A DNA stretch of 62,532 nt, filler included, from Sphacelaria rigidula (Eukaryota): the NCBI GenBank assembly GCA_964200075.2. It is 11 parts of 11 records of this genome, joined end to end, with 100 filler letters (N's around TTAATTAATTAA, not from the genome) between each part and the next. Parts side by side here need not be neighbours in the genome. Positions count along the whole stretch, not along the records: positions 56,940 to 62,532 come from CAXNAA020026019.1; 10 more parts are not named here. The stretch is one strand, 5' to 3'. A program made the translations under genes and the position numbers. Position 1 is the first letter of the stretch. The number at the start of each line of letters is the position of its first letter. This document shows, one piece after another, positions 61,818-62,532 of this stretch. Under the pieces are notes generated by a model. It had not been told where the DNA came from and did not search any database. It saw only the letters and a program-made list of their open reading frames with translations.

Positions 61818-62240
61818 CTATCGCAAAATACCATCAGTGATCCCATTCAGAATCCCTGGCATACGCTTCGCCTCGAACACCCGTCCCAAAGTAATCCCCA
61901 AGACACCGAGCATGGGCATCAGAGCGCCCGAACGCGCGTCCTTACCCGCTCTGCAATTACTCACCCAAGTCACGGCGTATGAGTTATCTCCGCGTAACAG
62001 CACACAATCCGCTCGATGTCGTGGTCGTCTCCCACCGAGATAGAATATCACCCACGCTGACATTACCATACCCAACAGTTCCAGGACATTGATCGAGATA
62101 TCATCCTCCGAGTGCACCGTAGCAGCTTTAAACTGGGATCGTTCCTTGTCGCACAAGTCATACCGCCACCACAGGCCCGACTGCAGGCAACATCAGCCGA
62201 CGGTCACACCCGATGCGTCCGAAAACAAGGACAGCGTGGG
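61818..62240 (-). pseudogene. DIRS-type RNase H domain
   Basis: LFSDASG...SINVLELLG...LLRGDNSYAVTW...MPGILNGITDGILR, upstream of the recombinase on the same strand. Confidence 0.9.
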
Positions 62241-62532
62241 TGGGCACAACACCAATCGGTAGACCGGGGACGATGATGCTGCCCCACACCGTGACAATCC
62301 GTCGCCGACCAGCTAACGCCACACTTCTCAATCATCGTGAAACTCCGGGCTCGATACCATCACTCGCGACTTCGTCGCCGCCCTCTTTTGAAAGTCATCC
62401 CCCGTCACAACACGGGACGAGAGAGGGGTGGCGCTCCCCCCCCCCGATGCGAGGTGCTCCGTCTCGAAAGGGATGCGTGGTCAATGGTCGAATGACTAAG
62501 GCAAGCAGCAAATGAGTACGCCCCCCCCCCCC

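Overview
This is not one locus. It is 11 unrelated, length-sorted scaffolds (nine of 5594 bp, two of 5593 bp) joined by 100-bp N/TTAATTAATTAA/N linkers, so adjacency across linkers means nothing. The sequence is eukaryotic and repeat-rich, most likely a brown alga or related stramenopile (inferred from GC-rich short exons, long GT-AG introns, TTAGGG repeats and the LINE families). Two partial spliced host genes are supported: four exons of a GH30 glucosylceramidase (13789-16760, +) and a divergent Rab-like small GTPase with non-canonical G3/G4/G5 motifs and an inferred 23-nt micro-exon (51498-54609, -). The rest is decayed mobile DNA: two LINE reverse-transcriptase remnants, a Ty3/gypsy gag-protease, a chromodomain-bearing gypsy integrase, a DIRS/Ngaro-type RNase H plus tyrosine recombinase element with candidate split repeats, many MITEs (mariner/pogo, Stowaway-like, Tourist/Harbinger-like, piggyBac-like, poly-G-ended), tRNA-derived SINEs and microsatellites. 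The most unusual structures are a perfect T-shaped hairpin fused to convergent tRNA-like Pol III promoter heads (29313-29822), the atypical GTPase, a MITE carrying telomeric repeats, and a head-to-head MITE dimer. None can be called a new system from the sequence alone.
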